64,000 nt of DNA from a candidate division WOR-3 bacterium (GTDB lineage Bacteria; Hydrothermota; Hydrothermia; Hydrothermales; JAJRUZ01). Position 1 is the first letter of the stretch. Every line of letters starts with the position of its first letter. This document shows, piece after piece, positions 55,959-64,000 of this stretch. The translations under genes were made by a program, and so were the position numbers. The notes under the pieces are model-generated. The model made no database searches. It saw only the letters and a list, made by a program, of their open reading frames with translations, and was not told the DNA's origin. The stretch is from positions 2,719-66,718 of the forward strand of contig JBDRZP010000007.1 in the NCBI GenBank assembly GCA_039804025.1, given 5' to 3'.

Positions 55959-56894
55959 ATGAAACCTAAAAAACTGAAACTCGGTTTTTTTCCAACAAAA
56001 GTTGAAAAAATTATCCTTGATGGAGAAGAAATTCTTATTAAAAGGGATGACTTTACAGAACTTGTAGGTTCTGGAAATAAAATAAGAAAATTAGAGTACT
56101 TCTTTTACAAGGCAAAAAAAGAAAAAGTTAAAAAAATAGTTACATGTGGAGCAATTCAATCAAATCATGCAAGAGTAGCTGCTTATCTTGCGAGAAAATT
56201 AAATTTTGAACCTGTTTTATTTTTAAGGGGAGAAAAATCGAAAACATATGAAGGAAATTTATTTTTAAACCACCTTTTTGGAGCTGAAATACATTTTGTA
56301 AAAGAAAGAGAATATGAGGAGATTGATAAAATAATGGAGGAATATAAAAATTCTGAAATGAAAAAGAAAAATAAAGTGCTTTTAATCCCTGAGGGTGGCT
56401 CCGATGAACTCGGATTATGGGGATATGTTGATGCATTCTCTGAAATGAAAGAATTTATATTGAAAAATAAAATTGATTCAATTTTCTGTGCTGTTGGTTC
56501 AGGTGGAACATACGCAGGTTTATTTCTCGGTAAAAAAATATTTAATCTTGATACTAAAATTTGCGGTGTTCTTGTTACAAGAAACAAAAAATATTTTGAA
56601 GAAAAAATTGAAAAAATACTGAAAGGAGCCATAGAAAAATATAAATTGAATATTAATTTTAGCAAAGAAGAATTCGTTTTTTATGAAAATTACATAGGAG
56701 AAGGTTATGGAATACCCTATAAAGAAGAAATAGAAATAATTAAAAAAATGGCTAAAAAAGGAATAATTCTTGACCCTGTATATACAGGAAAGGCCTTCTA
56801 TGGATTTTTAAATGAAAGGAAAAATTATAATAAACCACTTTTTTTACACACAGGAGGAATTTTTAGCATATTCGCCTTTAAAGAATATTTTTAA
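55959..56894 (+). CDS. PLP-dependent D-cysteine desulfhydrase / ACC deaminase family enzyme
   Basis: SGNKIRKLEYF and TCGAIQSNHARVAAYLA motifs. Confidence 0.75.
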   Translation: MKPKKLKLGFFPTKVEKIILDGEEILIKRDDFTELVGSGNKIRKLEYFFYKAKKEKVKKIVTCGAIQSNHARVAAYLARKLNFEPVLFLRGEKSKTYEGNLFLNHLFGAEIHFVKEREYEEIDKIMEEYKNSEMKKKNKVLLIPEGGSDELGLWGYVDAFSEMKEFILKNKIDSIFCAVGSGGTYAGLFLGKKIFNLDTKICGVLVTRNKKYFEEKIEKILKGAIEKYKLNINFSKEEFVFYENYIGEGYGIPYKEEIEIIKKMAKKGIILDPVYTGKAFYGFLNERKNYNKPLFLHTGGIFSIFAFKEYF

Positions 56895-56996
56895 AAAATG
56901 TGATTTAAATCACTTGTAATTTTTAAAAAATCAATATATAATTAAAAATAACCATCTCTATAAGCTCCTAATTAGTTGGGGGGGTACTTAGAGATG

Positions 56997-57010
56997 AGGG
57001 TCCGAGTCCC
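56997..57010 (+). promoter_or_regulatory. upstream stem-loop motif AGGGTCCGAGTCCC, 22 nt before the ATG at 57032
   Basis: read directly; SD AGGAG lies between motif and ATG. Confidence 0.4.
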
Positions 57011-57031
57011 TATAAAATAAAGGAGTTTAGT

Positions 57032-58861
57032 ATGTATAAATTAATTCCAATGATCTTATTCGCAGTATTTCTCCTGGGATTCACGGAGAAAGAAATCACA
57101 GGGGAAGTTGTAATACAAAATCCTGTAAAAAAAGAAAATATCAAACTCCCACAGAACTTCAACCCTGAAAGTGCTGAGAGGGAACTCATAAATGCAAGAG
57201 AATCTGGAAATAAAGAACTCGCTGGTGAGTTATCGAAATATATACATGAATGGTGGAAGATGAATAGAAAGGAAAACTACTCCCCGATAACCTGTGGGGA
57301 TAACCCTGAACCAGGTAAAAATTTAAAGGAAGAAAATTCAAACTTTAACCAGAATATTCTGAGATGGGGAAATGATGTGAGAATTGATCCAAGAAATGGA
57401 GTAAACGATGTTAAAATAACCTCCCTTTCAACAGGTGAACTCTATACAATTTCGAAATTTTTTGATGGGACAAATTACCGTGTTATAGTTCACAGATCCA
57501 CTGATAATGGAGAAACATGGAATATTTATTGGGATAATACTTTTTCAACAGGGTATAGCATCACTTCACCCGGCATCTTAGCAGTTAATGATACCCTTGT
57601 TTTATGGTACATTTTAATCCAAAACGATACTCTCTATAGAACATGGTTTATCACTGCTTTACCAGGAAATTCTTTCAATCCTATATCCTTTGGTTCTCCC
57701 ACAGGAGGATTTAATGACAATGTCCAATATTGGAATCTTGATTTCAAAACAGATGCACCTCATTACGGTTTATATGAATATAACTATGCAACCTGGGTTG
57801 AATATTATTATGTAGGAACGGATTCAACAAGTGTGATGTTTGCAAGATCAAATGAACTTAATGTCTCAAACTGGGAATTAGGTCCTGTTAAGGTAATGAA
57901 AACCTCCGGGGATAATATATATTATTATCACTCTAAAATTTCTTTTGGTGACCCTCATAGACTATGGATTATTGGACCCTTACATCCATACGGGTATCCC
58001 AATATTTATGATGAGACTATCGGGGGTGTTTATAGTGATGACTATGGGTCTTCCTGGACCCCAAGCAACCCATTTAATCCATTATGGATAACTCCTTTCA
58101 ATGACCATTACGATGATTTTGAGTGTGATTTAGCTGCATCCTATATTGATTCAAACTGGGTAATTTTAGTTACAAGAACAGATACAGGCATACTTCATTT
58201 TCAAGACCTAAATCTTTACAACTACTATTCAAAAAATGGAGGGAATACATGGAATTTTCAGGGATGGGTAATGCCTGATCTTAATTTTAGTCCTGATGTT
58301 TATGTTGATAATTCAAGCACTGCCTTTTATGCTGTTTTCAGAAAGAATATCCCTTCAGGCCCATATGAAGAAGTAAGACTTAAAATAGGTAATATAAATG
58401 ACCCCTCATCCTGGACTGGTTCATATCTTAATATAATAAACGATGATAGTACTGACAACTTAAGTGATGACTTTGGGTCCTATGTAAGTTATAACCCTTC
58501 CACAAATGAGCCTGTTGTGGTATGGACAAGTTTTGAAGGTTTTACTTACAGTATATGGTTTGATGCTCAAACAAGAGTTAAAATTTCTGAAAAAATCATA
58601 AATGAAGAAAATGAAACCACACTTATACCGAGTATTGGGAAAAATAATTTAAAAATTTTCTTCTACATACCATCCCCTTCAAATGTTAAACTGAATATCT
58701 ATTCCCCTGATGGAAGAATTGTAAAAAATATTCTTAACTCAAAACTTAATAAAGGTAATTACACTTATAACATAAGAAACACATTGAAAAATGGCAAATA
58801 CTTTCTAAAACTTGAAACTGAGAATACAAAAGTTTCTATACCCTTAATCATTGTTAAATAA
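57032..58861 (+). CDS. secreted BNR-repeat (sialidase/glycosidase-like) protein with T9SS-type C-terminal sorting domain
   Basis: signal peptide; BNR motifs STDNGETW, SKNGGNTW, DDYGSSWT; C-terminus NVKLNIYSPDGRIVKNIL...GKYFLKLETENTKVSIPLIIVK matches the T9SS CTD. Confidence 0.65.
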   Translation: MYKLIPMILFAVFLLGFTEKEITGEVVIQNPVKKENIKLPQNFNPESAERELINARESGNKELAGELSKYIHEWWKMNRKENYSPITCGDNPEPGKNLKEENSNFNQNILRWGNDVRIDPRNGVNDVKITSLSTGELYTISKFFDGTNYRVIVHRSTDNGETWNIYWDNTFSTGYSITSPGILAVNDTLVLWYILIQNDTLYRTWFITALPGNSFNPISFGSPTGGFNDNVQYWNLDFKTDAPHYGLYEYNYATWVEYYYVGTDSTSVMFARSNELNVSNWELGPVKVMKTSGDNIYYYHSKISFGDPHRLWIIGPLHPYGYPNIYDETIGGVYSDDYGSSWTPSNPFNPLWITPFNDHYDDFECDLAASYIDSNWVILVTRTDTGILHFQDLNLYNYYSKNGGNTWNFQGWVMPDLNFSPDVYVDNSSTAFYAVFRKNIPSGPYEEVRLKIGNINDPSSWTGSYLNIINDDSTDNLSDDFGSYVSYNPSTNEPVVVWTSFEGFTYSIWFDAQTRVKISEKIINEENETTLIPSIGKNNLKIFFYIPSPSNVKLNIYSPDGRIVKNILNSKLNKGNYTYNIRNTLKNGKYFLKLETENTKVSIPLIIVK

Positions 58862-58892
58862 TTTTTTAGATTTACTCTGAAAAAATATAGGG

Positions 58893-58920
58893 GGGAGGTG
58901 GTTTAAAAACTATCTCCCCT
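58893..58920. terminator. putative bidirectional terminator hairpin (GGGGAG...CTCCCC) followed by T-run, between convergent genes
   Basis: inverted repeat at 58893-58920 then tcttttatttt. Confidence 0.4.
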
Positions 58921-58923
58921 CTT

Positions 58924-60219
58924 TTATTTTAAAAGTTTTCTTTCAAAGGCTTCCCTTTCCAGCTGTTCCCTAAAATCAGGGTGAGCAATTTCTATTAAAG
59001 CCTTTGCCCTTTCTTTTAAAGACTTTCCCCATAATTCAGCAATACCGTATTCTGTTACCACATACCTTACATCAGCCCTTGTTGTTACAACTCCTGCACC
59101 TTCCTTCAATTTGGATACAATTTTTGATACTTTTCCACCTTTTGCTGTTGAAGGAATTGCTATAATGGGTTTTCCATTTTTACTCCATCCTGCTCCCCTT
59201 ATAAAATCCACCTGTCCACCAAAACCTGAATAAATGTATGTTCCAATGGAATCTGAACAAACCTGGCCCGTCAAATCAATCTCAATTGCTGAATTGATAG
59301 CAACCATATTATCATTTCTTGCAATAATAAAAGGATGATTAACATAATCACAGGGATGGAGTTCAAAAATAGGATTATTATGGCAAAAGTTATAAAGATC
59401 TTCAGAACCAAATATAAAAGTTCCGATAACTTTCCCTGGATGTAAAGTCTTTCTCGCACCTGTAATGGTTCCATCAAGAATCCTCTCCATTATTCCATCA
59501 GAAATCATCTCGGTGTGAATGCCAAGATCTTTTTTACCTTTTATAAATTTCAAAACTGCATTCGGTATACCACCTATTCCAACCTGTAAAGTGGCACCAT
59601 CATCAATTAAATCTACAATATATCTTGCAATTTTTTCCTCTGTTTCTGTAGGTTCTATTTTAGGAAGAGTATATAAAGGTTCATCAATTTCACAAAGAGC
59701 TGTTATCTTCGATATATGAACAAAACAATCTCCAAGTGTTCTGGGCATTCTCCTATTTACCTGAGCTAAAACCTTTTTAGCACTCTGTATAGCAGCCTTT
59801 GTTGCAATAACTTCAACACCGAGGCTCAAAAATCCGTGCTCATCAGGTGGAGAAGTATGAATTATAGCAACATCAATTTTAATCTTACCTTCTCTTATCA
59901 AAACAGGAATTTCATGCAAATGACAGGGAATATACTCAGCATTACCTTCATTTACAGATTCTCTATCAGCAGGCCCAACAAAAAGAGATTTATGTATAAA
60001 ATTTTCATAAGTTCCATGCTTTTTAAAAGGGTCTTCACCTGCCTGTAATACATGATAAACTTTTACATTTTCAAGATCTTTTCTTCTTGCAAGAAAATCA
60101 AGCAAAAAACTGGGAGTAGCTGCATTTCCGGAGACAAATACTGAGTCTCCGGATTTTATAAGTGATATAATTTCTTCTGGACTTTTTTTCCTTTCATGAT
60201 ACATTTTAAGAAAACTCAT
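58924..60219 (-). CDS. acetyl-CoA hydrolase/transferase family protein (4-hydroxybutyrate CoA-transferase-like)
   Basis: N-terminus YHERKKSPEEIISLIKSGDSVFVSGNAATP and overall 431-aa layout typical of Cat2/AbfT. Confidence 0.75.
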   Translation of the reverse strand: MSFLKMYHERKKSPEEIISLIKSGDSVFVSGNAATPSFLLDFLARRKDLENVKVYHVLQAGEDPFKKHGTYENFIHKSLFVGPADRESVNEGNAEYIPCHLHEIPVLIREGKIKIDVAIIHTSPPDEHGFLSLGVEVIATKAAIQSAKKVLAQVNRRMPRTLGDCFVHISKITALCEIDEPLYTLPKIEPTETEEKIARYIVDLIDDGATLQVGIGGIPNAVLKFIKGKKDLGIHTEMISDGIMERILDGTITGARKTLHPGKVIGTFIFGSEDLYNFCHNNPIFELHPCDYVNHPFIIARNDNMVAINSAIEIDLTGQVCSDSIGTYIYSGFGGQVDFIRGAGWSKNGKPIIAIPSTAKGGKVSKIVSKLKEGAGVVTTRADVRYVVTEYGIAELWGKSLKERAKALIEIAHPDFREQLEREAFERKLLK

Positions 60220-60233
60220 AAAAATCCCCTCCT

Positions 60234-61349
60234 TTATAAAACAGGATAACCTTCACTCCACGGATGTTTCCTTGTAAATTTTCCCTTAAAAGTATAACAA
60301 CCATTCCATAGAGCTTTATTTTCTTTTATATAATCAATTCCATTTTTAACAATTTCTTTTAAATATGGAATTAAAGCATTGGAAAGAGCATGTGAAGCAG
60401 TTCTTGCTACAAAAGAAGGAACATTAGGAACACAAAAATGAATCACACCGAATTCTTTGTAAACAAAACTTTCTGTTGGTGTAAGTCTTGATGTCTCACA
60501 TGCACCTCCCTGGTCTATAGAAAAATCAATTATAACAGAACCGCTTCTCATAGATTTAACCATATCCCTTGTAACAATCTTCGGGGTTTTCTCTCCTGGA
60601 ACAAGAATTGCTAAGATAAGAACGTCAGCAAATTTAACAAATTTAGAAATATTTTCGTAAGTTGCAATAGCAGTAACTACTCTTCCACCGAAAATTTCAT
60701 CAACTTTTTCAAGTTTATTTTTTGAAATATCAAGCATATAAACCGAAGCTCCCAATCCAAGAAAAGACCTTGCAGCATAAGTTCCAAGTGTTCCGGAACC
60801 TATTATAACAACATCAGCAGGAGGTATCCCTGGAATACCACCTAAAAGAATTCCAAGCCCACCCCTTTCTGTTTCAAGCAATCTACCTGCAATCTGGGGA
60901 GCGAGTTTACCGGCTATTTCACTCGAAACCCTTAAAATTGGTAAAGTTCCATCCTCTTCCTGAATTATTTCGTAACCAATAGATGTAATCTTCTTTTCAA
61001 CAAAGGCATCATATATATTTTTTGGTTTCACAGCAAGATGCAAAAATCCAAAAATGACATGGTTTTCTTTCAAAAGTGAAAGTTCACTTTCGAAAGGCTG
61101 GTTTATTCCTAAGATAATATCAGACCTTAAAAAAACTTCTTCCTTTGAATATACTATTTGGGCGCCTTTTTCCTTATACTCTTCATCAGTAAAACCAGCA
61201 CCTTCTCCTGCTTTGCTCTCTAAGTAAATTTCAGCTCCAAGATCAATTAACTCTTTACAGGCTGAAGGAGAAAGAGGCACTCTTTTTTCATAAATATTAC
61301 CCTCTCTTTCCGATAAGGGAATACCTATTATTATTCTATCCATAAACAC
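60234..61349 (-). CDS. ald: alanine dehydrogenase (GTG start at 61349; ATG at 61343 more likely the true start)
   Basis: collinear with Ald: IGIPLSEREGNIYEKRVPLSP..., VIIGSGTLGTYAARSFLGLGASVYMLD Rossmann; first codon in the track ORF is GTG. Confidence 0.85.
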   Translation of the reverse strand: MFMDRIIIGIPLSEREGNIYEKRVPLSPSACKELIDLGAEIYLESKAGEGAGFTDEEYKEKGAQIVYSKEEVFLRSDIILGINQPFESELSLLKENHVIFGFLHLAVKPKNIYDAFVEKKITSIGYEIIQEEDGTLPILRVSSEIAGKLAPQIAGRLLETERGGLGILLGGIPGIPPADVVIIGSGTLGTYAARSFLGLGASVYMLDISKNKLEKVDEIFGGRVVTAIATYENISKFVKFADVLILAILVPGEKTPKIVTRDMVKSMRSGSVIIDFSIDQGGACETSRLTPTESFVYKEFGVIHFCVPNVPSFVARTASHALSNALIPYLKEIVKNGIDYIKENKALWNGCYTFKGKFTRKHPWSEGYPVL

Positions 61350-61364
61350 CCTCCTTTAAAAAGA

Positions 61365-61379
61365 GGGGGTTGAACCCTC
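61365..61379 (-). promoter_or_regulatory. upstream stem-loop motif (minus-strand GAGGGTTCAACCCCC), 21 nt upstream of the ATG at 61343
   Basis: read directly; SD GGAGG between motif and ATG. Confidence 0.4.
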
Positions 61380-62712
61380 AAACAATTAAAAGTTCACCTT
61401 TTGGATAACTCTTCAAAGTTTTTTTTCTTGTAATAAGAATACTCCAAACAGTGAATACACCTATTCTTCCAATAATCATAAGAAAAATTATTACTAATTT
61501 TGAAACAGGAGAAAAATCAGTAGATAAGCTTAGATTCGGATAAATTTTGGAACCCAAAGATAGACCAACAGTTGAAAGAGCAGAAATAACTTCAAAAAGT
61601 ATTCCTGTAAAGTCAAATCTATTTCCTTCTACAATTAAAATTAGAAAAAGACAAAGGCCTGCAATAAAAATATAAAGGGAAAATATCATTAAGGACTCAA
61701 TAAGTAAATTATTTTCAATTCTCCTTTTTGATAAATAAACTTCTTCTTCTCCTCTAAATATACTCCTTAAAAAAGCCGCCAAAATTGCAAAATTGGTAGT
61801 TTTCACTCCTCCTGCAGTTCCACCAGGGGAACCACCTACTATCATTAAAAAAATTATAATTAAAATTGTTGATATTGAAAAATTTGCAATATTCAAAGCA
61901 CTAAATCCTGCTGTCCTTGGAGTTGTTACATGAAAAATTGAATTTATAATTTTTAATAAAACATTAAAATTCTTTAAAGAGTTATTCCACTCAATTATTA
62001 AAAAAATTATACTAAAAAATAAAATAAGGAATAATGTGGTTTTAATAACAACTTTCGAGTGATAGGATACGGATTTTCTTTTTCTAAGGAAATTATAAAT
62101 ATCATCAAGTACAAAAAAACCGATACCACCTATTATAAAAAGAAAAGAGATAGTTAACAGATAAAATGGAGAATTCTGGTATTTCATTAAATTTTCTGAA
62201 TAAGAGGAAAAACCTGCATTACAGAAAGCGGAAATACTATGAAATACACTGTGAAATAATCTATCTTTACCATCTGTAAATAAAAAAAGGAAAAAGGAAC
62301 CCGATATTTCAATTATAAGGGTATAAATTAAAACTTTTAATATTAGTTCTCTCACAGGAATGCCTCTCAAAAAAGTCTGGGTTTCCTTTGTTATCACCCT
62401 CAAAGAGATCGGAACACCACCTTTTAAAACAAGGAAAAAATAAGAAAGAAGCGTCATATAACCAAGCCCACCTATCTGTATGAGAAATAGAATAATAAAT
62501 TTTCCCCATATAGTCCAAAATTTTTCTGTATCCTTAACAATATGACCTGTTACACAAAGGGCAGAGGTAGATGTGAAAAGGGCATCAATAAAATCAAGAT
62601 TGCCTTTATGGGTAAAAGGTAAAAGCAAAACAAAGGAAAAAAATAAACTTATTAATAAATACCCTGCTAATATTAAAAAATGGGGTTTAAATTTAAAAAA
62701 TTTATTCAACAA
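61378..62712 (-). CDS. TrkH/KtrB-family potassium uptake transporter
   Basis: 444 aa polytopic; selectivity-filter-like glycine motifs SAFCNAGFS and STVGLSLGS. Confidence 0.7.
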   Translation of the reverse strand: MLNKFFKFKPHFLILAGYLLISLFFSFVLLLPFTHKGNLDFIDALFTSTSALCVTGHIVKDTEKFWTIWGKFIILFLIQIGGLGYMTLLSYFFLVLKGGVPISLRVITKETQTFLRGIPVRELILKVLIYTLIIEISGSFFLFLFTDGKDRLFHSVFHSISAFCNAGFSSYSENLMKYQNSPFYLLTISFLFIIGGIGFFVLDDIYNFLRKRKSVSYHSKVVIKTTLFLILFFSIIFLIIEWNNSLKNFNVLLKIINSIFHVTTPRTAGFSALNIANFSISTILIIIFLMIVGGSPGGTAGGVKTTNFAILAAFLRSIFRGEEEVYLSKRRIENNLLIESLMIFSLYIFIAGLCLFLILIVEGNRFDFTGILFEVISALSTVGLSLGSKIYPNLSLSTDFSPVSKLVIIFLMIIGRIGVFTVWSILITRKKTLKSYPKGELLIV

Positions 62713-63052
62713 ATTCTAAAAGACCTTCTTCCGCACTGTCTCCCTTTCTAAATCCCAGTTTTATAATTCTTGTAAAGCCTCCCTTTCTATCCTTAAAATT
62801 CTTTGCTATTTCAAAAATTTTACTTGAGGCTTCCTTGTGATTTAAGTAGGAAAATATAAGCCTCCTTGTAGCCTGAGTATCATTTTTCGCAATATTAAGA
62901 AGCTTTTCTACAAATTTTCTTGTTTCCTTCAGCTTAGGAACAGTGCTTTTAATCCTTCCTTTTAATACCATACTTATTGCCTGATTTCTTATAAGTGCCT
63001 TTCTATGGGAATGAGTTCTCTGTAACTTCCTCCCTTTTTTTAGATGTCTCAT
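62702..63052 (-). CDS. rplQ: 50S ribosomal protein L17
   Basis: MRHLKKGRKLQRTHSHRKALIRNQ... matches the L17 N-terminal signature. Confidence 0.9.
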   Translation of the reverse strand: MRHLKKGRKLQRTHSHRKALIRNQAISMVLKGRIKSTVPKLKETRKFVEKLLNIAKNDTQATRRLIFSYLNHKEASSKIFEIAKNFKDRKGGFTRIIKLGFRKGDSAEEGLLEFVE

Positions 63053-63061
63053 ATTTCCCTC

Positions 63062-64000
63062 CTATTTCTTTATTGGTTTTGAAATCTCCATTCCCAGGTA
63101 CAAATCAAATTTTTTAAGTTTTTCCTCTATTTCTTCTATTGACTTTTTACCAAGATTTTTAATTTTCAAAAGATCCTCTGGCTTTAAAGTAACAAGATCA
63201 TAAAGCGTTTTAATTCCTTCCTCTTCAAGTGCTTCTGAAACCCTTTTAGATAAATCTAAAAAGGAAATACTCTCGTCGAGCATTTCCATATGCTTTTTTG
63301 ATATTTCTTTTACCTTTTTCTCTTTAACTTCTTTTTTCTCTGTATAAATTTTCTTTAAACTTGAAAGATGTTGAATCATAATTTCCTGAGCTTCAATTAA
63401 AGCATCATAGGGAGTTACTGAACCGTCAGTTTCAATATCCAAAAATAACTTTTCAAAATCAGTCCTGTAATCTACTCTCATATTTTCTATCCAGAAATTT
63501 ACAAACCTTACTGGTGAAAAATCAGCATCAATGAAAAAGGAATTATGGGGTAATATAGGTTGGAATCCCTTATCAGCTTTTATAAGGTACTTTATTTCCT
63601 CAACAGTCAAATAACCTCTTCCACTCGTTACAAATGCCTCAATTGCAAGTTTAGATTTATCAGAAGAAAGTTCAGCTATGTGAACTTCAGGGTTAAGTAT
63701 TTTTATCTCAGGTGGTAATCTAAAATCACCTGCTTTTACTTCTCCTTTTCCCTGCTTTGATAAAACCATGGACTTATATGGAAGATCACCCTCAAATTTT
63801 ACCCTTACTTTTTTTAAATTCAAAACAATATGAGGAACATCCTCAATAACTCCATCAATAGTAGAAAATTCATGCAAAACCCCATCAATGTGAACTGCAA
63901 AAATTGCCGAGCCTTTTATACTTGAAAGTAAAACTCTCCTCAATGAATTTCCAAGTGTAACTCCATAACCCCTTTCAAGAGGAGAAATCTCAAAAACTCC
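63062..64000 (-). CDS. rpoA: DNA-directed RNA polymerase subunit alpha, 5'-partial (continues past window end)
   Basis: C-terminal domain ...LSKRVSEALEEEGIKTLYDLV and N-domain VLLSSIKGSAIFAVHIDGVLHEFS; first about 30 residues lie beyond 64000. Confidence 0.85.
   Translation of the reverse strand, partial: GVFEISPLERGYGVTLGNSLRRVLLSSIKGSAIFAVHIDGVLHEFSTIDGVIEDVPHIVLNLKKVRVKFEGDLPYKSMVLSKQGKGEVKAGDFRLPPEIKILNPEVHIAELSSDKSKLAIEAFVTSGRGYLTVEEIKYLIKADKGFQPILPHNSFFIDADFSPVRFVNFWIENMRVDYRTDFEKLFLDIETDGSVTPYDALIEAQEIMIQHLSSLKKIYTEKKEVKEKKVKEISKKHMEMLDESISFLDLSKRVSEALEEEGIKTLYDLVTLKPEDLLKIKNLGKKSIEEIEEKLKKFDLYLGMEISKPIKK

Noticed and set aside
56140-56665. Minus-strand ORFs of 98 and 160 aa
   Set aside because: They are antisense to the D-cysteine desulfhydrase-family gene and low-complexity.
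56900-56925. GTGATTTAAATCAC palindrome after the PLP-enzyme gene as a terminator
   Set aside because: The stem is only 5 bp and AT-rich with a weak T-tract. It is too weak to call.
950-57010. tRNA genes or tRNA fragments at the GGTTCAAATCC loci
   Set aside because: Only a T-arm-like hairpin is present. No acceptor stem, D-arm or anticodon arm can be folded at any copy, and the copies sit at fixed distance from start codons.

Overview
AT-rich (about 30% GC by eye), gene-dense bacterial chromosomal segment with about 60 protein genes. I recognised no rRNA, tRNA, CRISPR array, transposase or integrase. Recognisable content: central metabolism and housekeeping genes (gdhA, tdh, ald, rtcA, an RsmB/F-like methyltransferase, YicC, ribosomal L28 and L17, rpoA 5'-partial at the window end, an isolated nuoM-nuoN pair, a solitary V-type ATPase A subunit, a 4-hydroxybutyrate CoA-transferase family gene). 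A split glycogen cluster has malQ-glgB-galT-like-GH57 divergent from glgA-glgC, plus two secreted CBM48 proteins. Transporters include CstA, an NhaC-like protein, TrkH and two ABC systems. Three secreted proteins end in T9SS-type C-terminal sorting domains (S8 subtilase, LVIVD-repeat protein, BNR protein), suggesting an FCB-group-like lineage; this is inference. Four things stand out. (1) A six-gene translationally coupled operon (4557-11717) combines roadblock/LC7, a DnaA-like double-AAA+ protein without a DNA-binding domain, DUF4388+TPR, a CheR-type methyltransferase, a 606-aa orphan and an M28 peptidase; no described system matches it. (2) A tRNA T-arm-like stem-loop motif (consensus RGGTYCRARTCC) occurs at least 9 times, 20-24 nt upstream of start codons on both strands. 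(3) A roughly 100-nt structured intergenic repeat family (MITE/REP/sRNA-like) has three tandem copies at 44.4-44.8 kb and an inverted partial copy at 28.6 kb. (4) A radical SAM (AmrS-like), ABC-2 exporter, PRMT-like methyltransferase and subtilase cluster sits near a repeat-rich accessory stretch (25.5-29.3 kb) holding three genes built from 21-, 120- and 33-nt DNA tandem repeats.
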